A stretch of 64,000 bases of DNA from Phoronis australis. Lineage: Eukaryota > Animalia > Phoronida. Below are positions 1 through 13,305 of this stretch, piece after piece. Where the stretch lies: assembly GCA_002633005.1 (NCBI GenBank), contig NMRA01000943.1, positions 1 through 64,000 on the forward strand, read 5' to 3'. Below the pieces are notes generated by a model. The model searched no databases, was not told the origin of the DNA, and saw nothing but the letters and a program-made list of their open reading frames with translations. The translations under genes and the position numbers were made by a program. Position 1 is the stretch's first letter. Every line of letters begins with the position of its first letter.

Positions 1-2736
1 AACAACGCTTTTTGCTCAGACCACATACATGTAGCAAATAACCCAGGCTACTAGACGTTGACTTTATAGTCGAGTATATGAAGCCATATATTTTTGTTGC
101 TTTACTGTGAAGCACATATGCATGCATACACAGTGTATGGGCGTGGTACATTTACATGTACATGTATCTATACACATAAATATACACCTGCATGTGTATT
201 TAATCAAGAAAAATTGATCACAAAATGTGACAAAACGACTAAAGCAATAAAAAATAAGTGCTGCAAGTATACCCGTAAGTTTATTGACATATCTTATGTG
301 TTTAAAATTAATCTACATAAAATGCAATAATACTATTTTGTGTTTTCAAAACTCTGGAATACTACCTTAAGTTTATGTTTAGATAAGGAAAGTCTAGCTA
401 AGCAAAAATAACATTATAGACTAATACTTTCTAAGTTTCCGAAGAACCAAACAGAGCTGCAACACAGTGTAGTTGATAAAGAAATATTCTCCTAGAAGAT
501 ATGCTTTAGCCGGCAATAATCTAACCCATACCGGTTTTACAACACGGAAACTACCCAAAAATATGTTCATCAGTTTCTGTGAAATCAGTACAAATACACT
601 GTAGTACAAAGAGCACAATCGATTACGCCAATTTGAGTAAACACTTGTAATGAACTTGTGAATCAGTCTACATTGAAAACATTTCATTTGAGTATCTTGA
701 ATATGTGTAACGCAATTATTAGTTTTTTTTCTAATTTATATTTTCATCAGTCACACTAAGCGTAGATTCCGGTTAGTTTCACAAGAAAGTGGATTGTATA
801 AAATCATTAATAACACTTTTCTGTGACTTCGTGATAATCTGATTAATACATTAAAGATGACATTGGAAGTCCAAGTAGAATCTGTTGATAAGCAAACGGA
901 TCTTTTATTTTTAATACTGTACTTGGAAATACTTTGCTATTGACGATAAGTTTTCTCGAAGAATAAATCAAACCCACTAAAATGTAGAAACGTTTTGACA
1001 ACCACGTTTTGTAAAAATAGGTTCGCTCGAGCCCCCCGAGCCTCCCCTGGTGCGCGCATTTGGTGACAAAGCTATCATATTTCGTTAAGTTTTGAATCTG
1101 TAAGTTTTAACATTTGCCACTTGGGGAATTGTTTGTGAAAATTATATCCCGGAAAATATACGTTTCACCATCAACCACATTTGGATTGACAATTGTGCAA
1201 ATATTACGCCTGGAAAAAGTGAATACCCCGTAACAAAATCTAGCGCAAATTTGGTGGAAATGTTGAACAGAGTGTATAAAACCATAGGCACCTGTGAATG
1301 TTAACGTCAAATGACTGAAAGGTACGAAAATTTTCGGCGTTCCTTTATTGTAACGGCAAAACCTGATAAGTTGGCGTGAAGACAGAATTGTGAGCAAATC
1401 TGAAAAAACCTCCAACAATTTGATAATAAAAGTCTCCCAGGCAACTGCGCTTACGTGATTGATGTTACTTAGAACAGCTCATCCGGAACCTGTGAACCGC
1501 GATGACGTCGTTTGTCCTTAACTGTTGGGATATTCTACAAATCTTCTGTCAAAAACCTAGCCTGCACGTATTAATACTACGTAAGATAAATATTTATCAG
1601 CAGCTTTAGTCGGAATCGTCATGACGAAATACGCAAGGTCAAATCGGAACTGTACACCGGAAATCTAATCGTTTCATCGTGATTAATGAATGCCCCTTTA
1701 AATATTTCAAACAAGTGTTTCGCTGTAGCTAACACGTGTGCACGTAAGAACTGCCGTGCAAAGCGCTGATTTTTTAAAGCGGAGCACCCGTCGTCATTTC
1801 AACTCACGGAACGACTTAAAAATTAGGGTCTGGATTCTTTGAATAGACAGAGGTCTTGCACAGAAGGTTAATTTAGGTAAAAATGGTTTCAACGGGTTTA
1901 TATGAATATGGGTTTTTAGAGCATTTGTTACCCGCTTACATATTAATTTGAAGGTGTTCCCCGTGCCTTTTTTCCCCAATGCTGTCTGTGCAAAAGGTTA
2001 TACAACCGATATTCACCCTCAGGAACTTTATTCTTCTGCCAATAACCTATTTTGATATTACCCTTAACAACTGTATTTCGTGCTCCCCCGGTATTGATGT
2101 CCCCTCCTTCCTCTTTATTTCGTTTGTTCCTTACACATTGTGTTCAGTGGAAATTTGCTATAGCTTCTTTAATTTATGTGATTTTTCTTATCAATTCATG
2201 GTTGTCTGTCGAACAAGTACTGGTCTGGGATAGGATACCAATAACCGCGACCAAGAATCCTGACTGTAGACAAGGGCGTGTATCAGGTGAGAAAGCACCA
2301 ACATCGGCAACCGTCGTTCCAAAATTAGGTGAATTTAGCAAAGGTTGGATCTGTATTTACTATGGAAGACCTAAAAACTGTGAAATACGAAAAACCTCCC
2401 TGGTTAGATGGATTTCCAATGGATGTTTTTTTCTGAAAATCATTGATACCTATGTTACAGAGAACTACTAACTACACCTGTAGTTAAAACAGACGACCCA
2501 CTCAATTACAGGGTCAAGATACTGTATAAACACGCTCAATCCTGACAAGAAAAACACTCGTTATAAGCTAAAGAATTGGAAACTATTCTTTTTGCTTAAT
2601 GCATGTTTTTCAGGTGTTGTTGCCGATCGAGTTAAAATGCAGTTACTCCCTGGGTATTCAAAAGGTCTATTTGGCGGGACGTTAAATCGGAGAATATACA
2701 TGCCTTCCTTGGACTACTGCTTCCAATCTTTTTCAT

Positions 2737-2970
2737 GCGCGCACCCAGCCTTTAATATGGGGGGCTCGAATTTCAGAGGATGTGGACCTTTTACAAACAA
2801 AAAGGCCGAAGGACTAAAAAACGGGTTACCACGTCCAGAGATGTGAATTGTACGTTTGTGCCTTTTTAGTGGACTTTTTGTCTCATTTTCTCGGACTTTT
2901 TGTTTCTCTGAGGCGAACCTTTTAGCCCACTTCACCAAATGGGGGGCTCACTCCGGTTGGGTGCGCGCTT
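2737..2970. mobile_element. Short interspersed MITE-like family A (other copies ~1020-1057, ~3850-4040, ~60970-61241)
   Basis: Ends GCGCACCCAGCC / GGTTGGGTGCGC. The internal CTCGGACTTTTTGTTTC.CTGAGG is matched in reverse orientation by CCTCAGTGAAACAAAAAGTCCGAG at ~61053 and CCTCAGAGAAACAAAAACTC at ~3859. Confidence 0.65.
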
Positions 2971-4627
2971 GAATTTGATGAGACAAATAATTCTTTTTCC
3001 CGAACTTTGCAAAATATACTAGAAGTTGGTTTGAAGCACTATTAGAGAATTCAAATCTTGTTATAATGCAATATTATATATTTTTCTGAACTCTTTTCAA
3101 CCAACCGCGGTTGTACACTCTGTCTCCTTATTTTGGTTATATGCAGAGAGCAGTAGGCATTAGAGCCATCCACATACAACACTGTTGTAGAATATGTTAT
3201 TCTTGGAATGGAGTTGCTGCAAGATTTGGGGTGCTGTCTGGACGTTGTTTAAACTAGTGCAATTTGCTGCACTTGTGACATCTTACTCCATATGTTGTTC
3301 AGGAAAAAATCAGGATGCAAATGAAACGAATTTGAAAATACGGAGTGCCAACTGTTGCAATATACTGATGATGTTGCTCTTTTCGAAGGCTAGGAAAGTT
3401 CACTCAAGTCATCACTCTCACTAGTCGACCAGTCTGCAAATTCTCAGACTTGAACCTCAATTTTGATAAAACTGTCTGAGATTGGTGAAGCTGTATTCGG
3501 ACCTCTTACACTTTGTGTCCAATGTAAACCTAACGCAAGAAGTAAGCATTTGTTTCTTTTCATATTGGTCTAAAATGCTGCCAATTGTACACGATAGTGT
3601 TACAGATTTAAGCTTTGATAATACCAAAATTGGTGCGTATTTTTCCACTGCATCCATTCTTCGCCTGATTTTGCTTAGAAAAGATTGTCTATGACATGGT
3701 GGATTGAAGATGACGATTATTGCATTTTTTTAAATACCTTAAAACGTAAGAAATACTTTAATCCACAGTGATCAAAACTCGTGGGCTGAATTAATGTCAC
3801 ATCTCATAATGTACATGTAAACTAATACTATTCTTTTTAAATGTTGAACCTTATTCCGCCTCAGAGAAACAAAAACTCAGAAAAAAACGAGACGAAAGGC
3901 CACTGATAAGGCAGGAACCAACTAAATTCAGCGAATGCCCAATTCATAGCTGTGAACGTACATGTACCCCGTTTCTTTCAATAAAAGGTACCCATTCTCA
4001 AAATTGGAGCCCGCCATTTTTAGGCTGGTTGCATGCCTGCACCATATCATTTGGTCTATAATGTGACAAAGAACGAGAGGTGTAACCTGCCATTGAGTTG
4101 AAATGGTAAATTTTAGGCGGGTTTACCAATTCCGTCAAAACTAAATTGTATTCTAAAATTTTTTCGTACTCGTTTTGCCTTCTTTTCAAGTGCAGACACC
4201 GTGCATGTTGTGTAACATGTTTACAAAATGGTTTGAGACCACTTTTGGTTCACTGATTTGGCAAGGCGAACAAAATTAAATCATGACTTTTTATAAAATC
4301 ACCAGATGGGAGATACCAATCATATTTTATGTTCTCTTTGCTTGGATTACTTCACAAATAAAGCAACATCTTTTAAGATGTGGGTATTAAAATAACATTT
4401 GTGTGCGAACAGTCCAGATCATTTGCCAAATTTCCAAGTCGAAGAGACCCTACCACATGTCACACATTTACTAGAAAACCATCCTAGATCAATGTTTGCA
4501 ACGTCACGAACGTAAAACCACCCGTGAAGAAATTGTGGAAAGCACGTCAATTCGGCACGTAGAATACGATGTGCTGCGATTGAAAGTATTCTAATCGCTT
4601 TTGATTGCAATTAAGAAGCCAGCCTCC

Positions 4628-4755
4628 CGTTCAGTAACGCTAGGACCTCGCTAAAAAGCAAGACTTCGTGAAATTACGTGAGATATGGCCGTGTATTTTA
4701 AATGAGAACACGTGATTTTGGCTAGATTTTAGCTAGGTCCTAGCGTTACTGAACG
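4628..4755. mobile_element. MITE with 21-bp perfect TIRs
   Basis: CGTTCAGTAACGCTAGGACCT ... AGGTCCTAGCGTTACTGAACG. A degenerate copy sharing GCCGTGTATTTTAAA.GAGAACACGTGA lies at ~6833-6920. Confidence 0.7.
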
Positions 4756-4887
4756 CACGCCTGTTTTGAATGAGCAGCAAACAGGGTTGCGCCGCATGTT
4801 ACATTTGTTTGCGTGACTTTCTCGTTACCCCCCTTCGTTTGTCATTCTTTGCAGTGTTTCACAGCTGCCGTGTCTCACTGTGTGTGT

Positions 4888-5610
4888 CATCAGCTTATAC
4901 TCTGTGGTGGCATTCCTGCGTCATTTTATCTTCACTTGAGAATGAAAAAAGTATGTTTCGAAATATCGTATGTCTTTAAATTATGCCACTAGGTCAGTTA
5001 CTGTATCTATGTTCAGTTGAGAGTAGAGTTTTGTTCCGAAAGTATGAACGCAACGGAATAAAGACTGTGAGCAATGAAAAGTGTCGTGCATTTAACAAAT
5101 TCTGTATAACCGAAAACTTGCTCCGGGCGAAGTACAGTCAGTTCAAGTTTCATGACCGGGCAGCTCATAACGAACGGTTCACATGGGACTACAGGCGTAA
5201 GCTTGTCCAACATGTAAGTATCCAGCTTATGCTCTGTGGTGGCATTACTGAGTCATTTTATATCCACTTGAGAATGGAACAAGTACCCCGTATGCTTCGA
5301 AATATCGTGTTAGGTATACCTTTTGATTGACCTATCGCAAGTTCCGCCCCTTGCGAAATGTCGACAAACAAACAATAAATTTTACATGGCGACGTGTTGT
5401 TTGTCGGGTAAAATGGCAGCTTGGAAACGAAGGTGTTTCAAGAATGCTGCATTCTGATTGGTCAGTAAGCCGTCACCCAAAATCCTGGGGATAAGTCAAT
5501 TATGTCGTTAGGTCAGTTACTTCATCTATGTACCGTTGAGTGTAAAGTTTTATTCGGAACATGTGAACGAGGAGGAATAAAGACTGTCAGTAACAAAACG
5601 TGTTGTGTGT
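4888..5610. repeat. Diverged ~200 bp direct duplication (4888-5090 and 5220-5610); second copy interrupted by a MITE
   Basis: Shared blocks: CAGCTTAT.CTCTGTGGTGGCATT, CACTTGAGAATG, TTCGAAATATCGT, TAGGTCAGTTACT, GGAATAAAGACTGT. Confidence 0.75.
5326..5500. mobile_element. Small MITE inserted into the duplicated block
   Basis: TIRs ATTGACCTATC / GATAAGTCAAT. The element is absent from the paralogous copy at ~4975. Confidence 0.6.
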
Positions 5611-8171
5611 TCCAATATGCAGAATCGATTAAACATTCATGTAAAAAGGTGATTGCTCCGACTATATTACAAATAAATAATTACACCAATATAAAGATAT
5701 GCCTCTACTGATCATTAATTTATTCAACAAAATTCTACTGACAGGAGACAACCTTCTATTTGAAACTGGGATTATGGTACCCAATTAGAAAAGAATTCAG
5801 AATCACTGCAGTTTTTCTTTAAAAGTGAATAAAATGTACAAGAACCTCATTTTCAATAACTTAATTTCACTTTGGTTTTATGAGTGAAAAGAGTTTTACA
5901 TCTCTCCTGTTTAAAGTTATTCATGAGATACGATAACATTATGAAAAAATGGGTTTAATGTTGGATAATTAATCCCCATTTGACAAGGTTTCACAAGATC
6001 TCTTCTTTTACAAATTTGTCTCTTATCGAATATTGCATACTCTGCATACACTCTTCACTTCCCACCACATGTAAATGTATCTATCTAATCGGGTAGCACG
6101 ACCACTTGTAGATGACGTATTTTCTAAATCAAATTTTGTTTATGAAGGGGTACGGAAAACTGGTCTCCCTTTTATTCTCTACATCAATTACAGACTTCCA
6201 AAAGCACCCATGACATAGTCAGTGATAGAGCCAAATTTTATCCAAATCTCGAAACCATCCCAAGAACCAACAACAACTGAATCTTGGTTAGGCTCAGGAC
6301 TCGTAAAAGGTACAAACATGTAAACTTCAAGGCTGAGATAATGTGTTAGTCTAGAATCCCCAATTGTACACTGACCTATTCTTATTTGGGTTTGGATGGT
6401 GAAACTATTACCCAAAAAACACTGGTAAAGACATCTAACCATAATAGAAGATGATGAAATGTCATTTAAACCCCACTGACGAGTCCGTGCGCAAAAAAAT
6501 CTAATCAACTTACTGACAGTGTATAGCATCTTTAATGCAAGTTTTGAATCGTCTGATAAGTACATACGATTTAAACGTTTTGACTATGGTGATTTAATGC
6601 ACCAAGTACATGTAAATTGTGCGGGAACTTTTGCTTGAGCTAGACAGACCATATTATCAAGCTTGCAATAACCATTACTGGTGTCATGAAAAGGTCGAAT
6701 ATAGTCAAAAATCTTAAGTCATCCTAAATGCAATTGCAATGAAAATTGCATTTAGGTTTTAACACCTCAAGTTCTTAACAAAGTAAATGACATAAGCAAA
6801 ACAAAATTCGAATACCACTCGATCTGAGTAGAGTTCAAAAACGCTAGGAACTCGCTAGGCTATTCGCGAGATTACGCCGTGTATTTTAAAAGAGAACACG
6901 TGAGTTTGGATAGTTTTCGAAGCCCGAGACAGCTACCGATCTCTACCGGGGTCTCTTTCAGCATGCCTTCCTTAGTTCCGCCATCTTACAGTCGAGCCAC
7001 TCGTAAATCCACAATAACCAATGCATAGATACATGTCACACCCTCCCAATACATGTATACACACGGAATTTAGAAATTATATAGCGTTATTAAATTCATT
7101 TTATACAATACTTTTTCTTAAAGAATAACGTCTTTCTTCCTATAGTCCTATACCGCCGCACAATAACAAAGGAAATCTGTCAACAGATTCAGGTCAAGAT
7201 TATTGTTAAACTCTAAAAAAGTCGGACCCAATTTTCAAAGACTGTCTCTCCGGTGCGACTGTGGTCTGCCCAAATCGGCCAGTTTCTAATTGTTTGCACT
7301 ATCATCGATCATTTTCGGGATCCTTCTGGCAGACCTGCAGACAGTCGATAATATTGCAGGAAAAATAATAGCATTCCATGGTAAATATATTTTTTTGATC
7401 ACTGATTCTCATGACTATCCCAATAGCGTCTATAAAGTGCTCCTTAGTAAAGTTGCCAGCATTTCCATACTAAATCGTCTTTATGCGATAACTTGATTAT
7501 ATTTTTTTCTCACCGACGTACTACCGTAAATCAAGAAAAACATCTGCCATATTTACAGCTTTTGCAGCTAAATGTGAATATTTTGTTATTACTGTTGTAA
7601 TGTGACTACGATGTTCACCTGTTGCTTTGGTTAACAGTATAGAGTGTTGATATATAAATATTCAACATAAAACCAGGAAAGCAATGCCATTATGATGAAA
7701 CGTGTAACAATGGTCGTTTCTTTAAAAAGGTGCTTTTCAAGCCAATGATGATCATACGAGCGTTTATGTGTGAATACTCACCCACGCATAAAGGTCTTGG
7801 TCCACATCCCACCCACGATTTATATATTTCACAAGTTCAGAACAATTGTCATTTCGTACAGCTGCTTCAACCTGAAAATAATAAAAAATAGATTTTAAAT
7901 CACATAGTCTACATTCAATACCAACATGGAATCATCTTTACAAGCAGAGAGCTTTCGTAGATGATATGAACAGTCCGGGAGCGTTCGGGTTGCTCATGGA
8001 TCTTGACGCTGAAGACCATATGAAAAAGTTTTCAAACTGTGACCCATGCTCATATCAAAGCTTCATAATAACCCTGCATTTATACAAACTTTACAATCGA
8101 GAAACACATGTATCGGACTCCTTCTGACTCATTGTGTCCACGTTGACCTTCGTGTCCATTTCACCTACTGA

Positions 8172-11100
8172 TAGTCCAGTCATTCTAGGGCTCCAGAGGG
8201 CCCAACCTAGAAAAAATTGCAACAGAAGGTTTTTTTGCATAAATGGCATCTTCAAACATCCCTTGGTGTCAGAAAAAAAATCTACCGAAATCGGAGTGGC
8301 GGAAATCGGTTTTTCAAGATGGCGGACAAAATGGCCGACAAAACCGGTGATTACTGTTTTGTGGCATATTACTCTTATGTAACAGCTAAAAATAAAACAA
8401 TAAAGTTTGTCATTGATTATATACTTTTCATAACAGGCATACCAATCAAAAGATGCCAATTTTCCGTAAAATAAAACCAATATGGCCGACAAAATGGCGG
8501 CCGAAACGGCAATTTAGTACATGTTGCAAGATTTCTTTTTATATTTTGCCCTGAAAATGGCAAAAGTTTTATTCTTTTGTAAGTTACACAATTGAAAATA
8601 TCTGGACCTTACAATTGGTCACTGGTTTGCGAGAAAAAATTCAAGATGGTTGACAAAATGGCCACCAAAATGGCTGCCAATTCACAAGCCCTAATTTACC
8701 GCATTTACGTTCTGCAAACTTTGTTTGTAACCTGATACGCATTTACACAAAAACATTTTACAACCTACAGTCAGGGTTAATGAGTTGATTGTTTCTATAA
8801 TTTGTTTTTAAGATTTATATACTAAATGTGGATTTTTAATCACATTTTAGATTACGTAACATAAAAGTTGGTGTGTTTTTCAGAAAAGGCTTTAGTTAAA
8901 TTTTCATAATAAATTTCACAAACTCAATTATTTTTCTGTAAAATATGTTCATTTGAGGTATCAAAAATAACATTTGTTAGAAAAATATGTTATTCTGGTG
9001 GAGTTATTGGCTTATTCATTATACAAACCCTCAATAAAATTGGCCAGGAAGTGGCTTTTTACTCTGCTATTGGAGATATTATCAGTTTTTCCCAAGCATC
9101 GATTTCGTCTGCTGCTGGCATGTATTGAGAATTGGCTGCTGATTTCACCTGAATTTGATGAAAAACAAATAGGATTGTGTAACAAAAAGTTATTGATTAA
9201 ATTTTAATTGTTAGGACCCACAATTTGTTTAATATGCATGCTTTTTATGAACATATTCAACTGATTTTAGAGGAAATTAGTGCCTGCAAACAAAACGATA
9301 GTGATCTGCAGTCACTTGTTCTTAGCCAGGCTTGGAAGATTTCATACTGAGATGAGCTTTCTGGAATGTATTGGATACATAATGTCAAGCACAGGGCTTC
9401 AAGGAGTTCTTGAGACGGTGTATGCATCAAACAGTGTGATCCTTATGTTAAGTGGAAAAAGTGTGGATAGAGCAGTGAGGGGACATATGTTGGTAGACTC
9501 AGCACTGAATGCTAATCATAAAAGCCAGAGCATTCAACATCCCACTTCCAAATATTGACAGATCAAGTAACGCCAATCCAAAACCAATGAAGAAAGAAAT
9601 TCAGGTTCTTCAGAAATTCCAGGAGTCCCGAATGTCACCAACACAGAACACACAGATTACATGCCAAGAGCAGTTCAATGCTTGTACACAAATTTTGGCT
9701 CGTCAGAATATGGAGACACATTCTTCAGACATCTCAGACATCCCAACTGATCACATAACTAGATGTATACTATGGGGCATGCCATGCCCAGCCAGTGTCT
9801 TCCGATTCTGAACCTTGGATTACAGTGGAATGCCCTCACAAGAGCTCACTTCTGGTTTCCGACCTACTGCCATTGGTATATTCAAACACGTCTGAATCAG
9901 AGTATAGGTCTTCAGAATTCACAGTGGCAGAGAATAGTTCGTCAGAAGAATCAATGGCCAATGATATTCTTCATGATTTGAGAGCTGGTCTGAAGCGGTA
10001 TGATGATCTTATTGCTGGCATGACGTCTGTTTCCGACGACGTATGCTCGTCGGAGTGTCTTGTGGGTATTCATAAAAAATCAAAGCACATAAATCAGACT
10101 TGTCCATGCAAAGTCCAACCATTAGTCTTTGACTACAGTATATGAAGATGACTGACATCCTTCGAATTTTTTAAAAGCAGAAATAACGTCAGATTGGGAG
10201 CTTCACCTAAAAGCAGTTTCTGAAATGCTGCCTTACTTTGCAGCTGCTGGTCACAACTCTTATGCAAAATCTTCATACATATACTTGACTGAAGGAGACG
10301 TAGCAACTCAAAGACACCCGTCCAGACGTCTACGGCCAACAAACCATAAGACAAATTGACAGATTCTGAGCAGGTTTTTTATAATGAGATATGACCTTGT
10401 AATTGAACAAATGCTCATGAAAAGTATTAAAACAACAGGAGGTTTAACTAGAGGTTGCGAAATGGGGGATACAGAGAGTGCATCGTGGCTGCTTCCCTTG
10501 CCGGCATGCTCAAGTATAAATGGTGCCATGCAGACTGACAAACTTGAGTTGTGAAACAAGGCAGCACCATAAAGAATGTACCCAGGCAAGACAGTCGCGT
10601 GACGACAAAGACATCCGCAGCATTGTTGAATTCCTCCACAACAGTACCGTAACCCATTTTAAAGAGAAACATTACAGAACATCGCCACTGGTGTGACTGC
10701 AGGCAAATGCGTCAGTGCCGAAAATGCCAGAGAAGTGGGGAAGGCGGTTCACTTGTCTATGGAGGGGTCAAGTGTGAAAGACTTCACATTCAGAAAGAAA
10801 GACAAGGTTGTGGCAATGACAAGTCAATCAGTTCATGCTGCTAATAGTAATTTTACACAAGTGGATCCACGACTGCTATTTCAGCGAATCCTGACAGCTG
10901 CAAAAGACAACAGTGAAAGTTCATCAAGCCTTTTGAAGTTTGAGCTGTGTGTTGGTTCCCCTGTCCTTTTTGATACATCTGGTCTTCCCAGAGTCGCTAA
11001 TAAATCAAATTAGTTGATGCACTCTGGTCCAGTGGAGGACTACCTGAGGATTTCAATTTCCAGCAAACACGGTGATGCATGTAATCGGCGGCGGTTCTCT

Positions 11101-13305
11101 CCTTCACCGTATTCCATGGCCTAGAGGTACGTGCAACATATCAGTCATTTGATAGAGCTTATGTGGATTACATCAGCAAGTGCACCCAGCCTATTATTGT
11201 TTTTGATGGTTACTGAGATGGACCATCAACTAAAGATGTCTCTCATGTTCGAAGACTGTGTGGGGTGGTTGGAACTGAAGTTTACTTCAATGGTGACATG
11301 GTGATCAAGTAAAAAAGGAACATTTTTGGCAAAAAGCAAAAACAAATGATTCACTCACTTCTTGTCAAGTTTGCTAAGAAATGCTGGTTGCACAGTGGTA
11401 CAAGGTGACGCAGATGTTTTAATTGTAGAAACAGCAGTAGACAACGCAGCGCAAGGTCCAACTACCCTTATTGCAGACGATACAGACTTGTTGGTTCATT
11501 AGCGTTACCATGCTACTTCACAACAAATTTCATGTTCATGAAATTTGACAAGAGACACCAAAGCAAGACGAGAGTCTGGGACATCAAGGAACTACAGTTG
11601 TCTCTTGGTGCCGAAACTTGCGCAGTTTTGCCATTTGCGCGTGCAATAGGTGGTTGCAACTCAACATTACAGCTGTTCAGCATTAGCAAAGGCTCTCCCT
11701 TTCAAGAAACTGCGTGATCGAAAATTCTGCAAAACTCTAGTTAGAGTATTCGGTAGACACATGCAGCTGAAGCAAGACATATTTGAAGCTGGTAAGAGTT
11801 GTATCTGTGCTTCATGGCGGTACTGGCTCTGGAAATTTGGATGACTTGCAATACAGGCAATTTGTGGATGAGGTGTCGGACTTGCCACAGTCTAAATACA
11901 GACATTATCACGAACTTTCTTTAGTAGCTAAATTCCATGCTGCCGGGACATATTATCAAGAGCAAGAGCAGTCAAGTTTCCGTGGCAGTGGCCTAGACTC
12001 GCTGTATTGGGGATGGATGCTGGCAGGTGGAAAATTCATTCCCACGACGACGGACCATTCAGCAGCACCAGAGAACCTGCTGAAAGTAGTGAGATATGGT
12101 CGTGTAAGACCAACTGCAGTTCCAAGAGATGTACATGCAAGAGGTTAGGATAGTCGTACTTAGTTGCATGTGGAGAATGCCGTGGTTTTAGCTGCAGCAA
12201 TTCATTCTGAGTTGACAGAGATTAGTTGTGTAAATACTGGCTGATTGTGTATAGATTCACTAGCATTTAGAACTAACTGGAAGTGACACAGACAGTGTGG
12301 ATAGTAGATCACTGAATTAATACAGCACATTTTTTCGGTAGTACAATGATCCTTCAGTTCAGGCAAACCTGATGTTTTTGACCCAAATACGTTATTCGTT
12401 AAACCATCTTGAAAATGGTAGTCGTAATCATCAAGAGCCAGACAAAAAATATTGTAATGGATGTGCTGACTTATAAAACTCAGGATATGGCGTGTCTCTG
12501 GAATCTGAAGTTCTTACACGAAGCAACTATTTGGTGGCCATCTTAGAAAATAGTGGAAGTAATCATTAGAGCCAAACGCAATGAGTCTATATGGATTAGT
12601 CGACCCAGAAAACCTTTGATACTTGAAGCAAGACGACACACTAATCTGTTTGTGCGAAGTTGTGCGATTCGAAATAGTTTTGAAGGCCATCTTGGAAAAT
12701 GGCTGATGGTGTCACCACGGCCATGCAAAACTTTTCCAATGTATTTGTTGACCCACAAAAGATAGGAAAACATTTTTGAATTTTTACTCTATCACATTCC
12801 ACTCTCGAGTTATAATGATCCTCTGCAAATCTGGCGGCCATTTTGTCGGCCATCTTGGAAATGGTGGAAGTAATCATTAGTGCCAAATGCAATGAGTCTC
12901 AATGGATTAGTCGACCCAGAAAACCTATGATGCGATGTTTGAAGCAAGACGACACACTAATCTGTTCGTGTGAAGTTTTGCGACTCAAGTAGATTTGGCG
13001 GCCATCTTGGAAAATGGCGGACGGTGTCACCACAGCCATGTAAAACCATTTCCAATGGATTTTTTGACCCACAAAACATAGGTAAACCTTTTTGAATTTT
13101 TACTCTAGCACATTCCACTCTTGAGTTATAGTGCGCATCAGAAAATCTGGCGGCCATTTTGTCCGCCATCTTGAAAAACCAACTTCCGCCACTCCGATTC
13201 CGGTAGACTTTTTTTTTCCCACTAAAGGGTATGAAAGGATACGATTTATGCAATAAAACCTTCTGTTGCAATTTTTTCCGGGTTATCCGTAGAATGACTG
13301 GACTA
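8172..13305 (+). mobile_element. Academ-superfamily DNA transposon (decayed, internally deleted)
   Basis: Imperfect ~160 bp TIRs begin TAGTCCAGTCATTCTA (8172) and end TAGAATGACTGGACTA (13305). A 3-bp TSD TGA lies at 8169-8171 and 13306-13308. TAG termini with a 3-4 bp TSD are the Academ signature. It also has internal transposase remnants and a ~310 bp subterminal direct repeat (12539 and 12850). Confidence 0.88.
9280..12208 (+). pseudogene. Academ transposase / XPG(PIN)-like nuclease / Cys8 finger, broken by stops and frameshifts
   Basis: Fragments read across frames: RLGRFHTEMSFLECIG...MLSGKSVDRAVRGHMLVDSAL; MLPYFAAAGHNSYAKS; DLVIEQMLMKSIKTTGGLTRG; VDPRLLFQR; GGSLLHRIPWP; IVFDGY; GDADVLIV...ADDTDLLV; C-terminal SCKTNCSSKRCTCKR...CGECRGFSCSN. 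The N-terminal part of the ORF is missing. Confidence 0.85.

Noticed and set aside
3190-3430. Gypsy protease-like fragment (VILGMELLQDLGCCLD)
   Set aside because: It is a single short motif with no LTRs, RT or integrase nearby, too weak to call.
6188-6565. 125-aa minus-strand ORF (also 3457-3657 and 26610-26840)
   Set aside because: No recognisable domain or phase-consistent partner exons; could be chance or heavily decayed TE.
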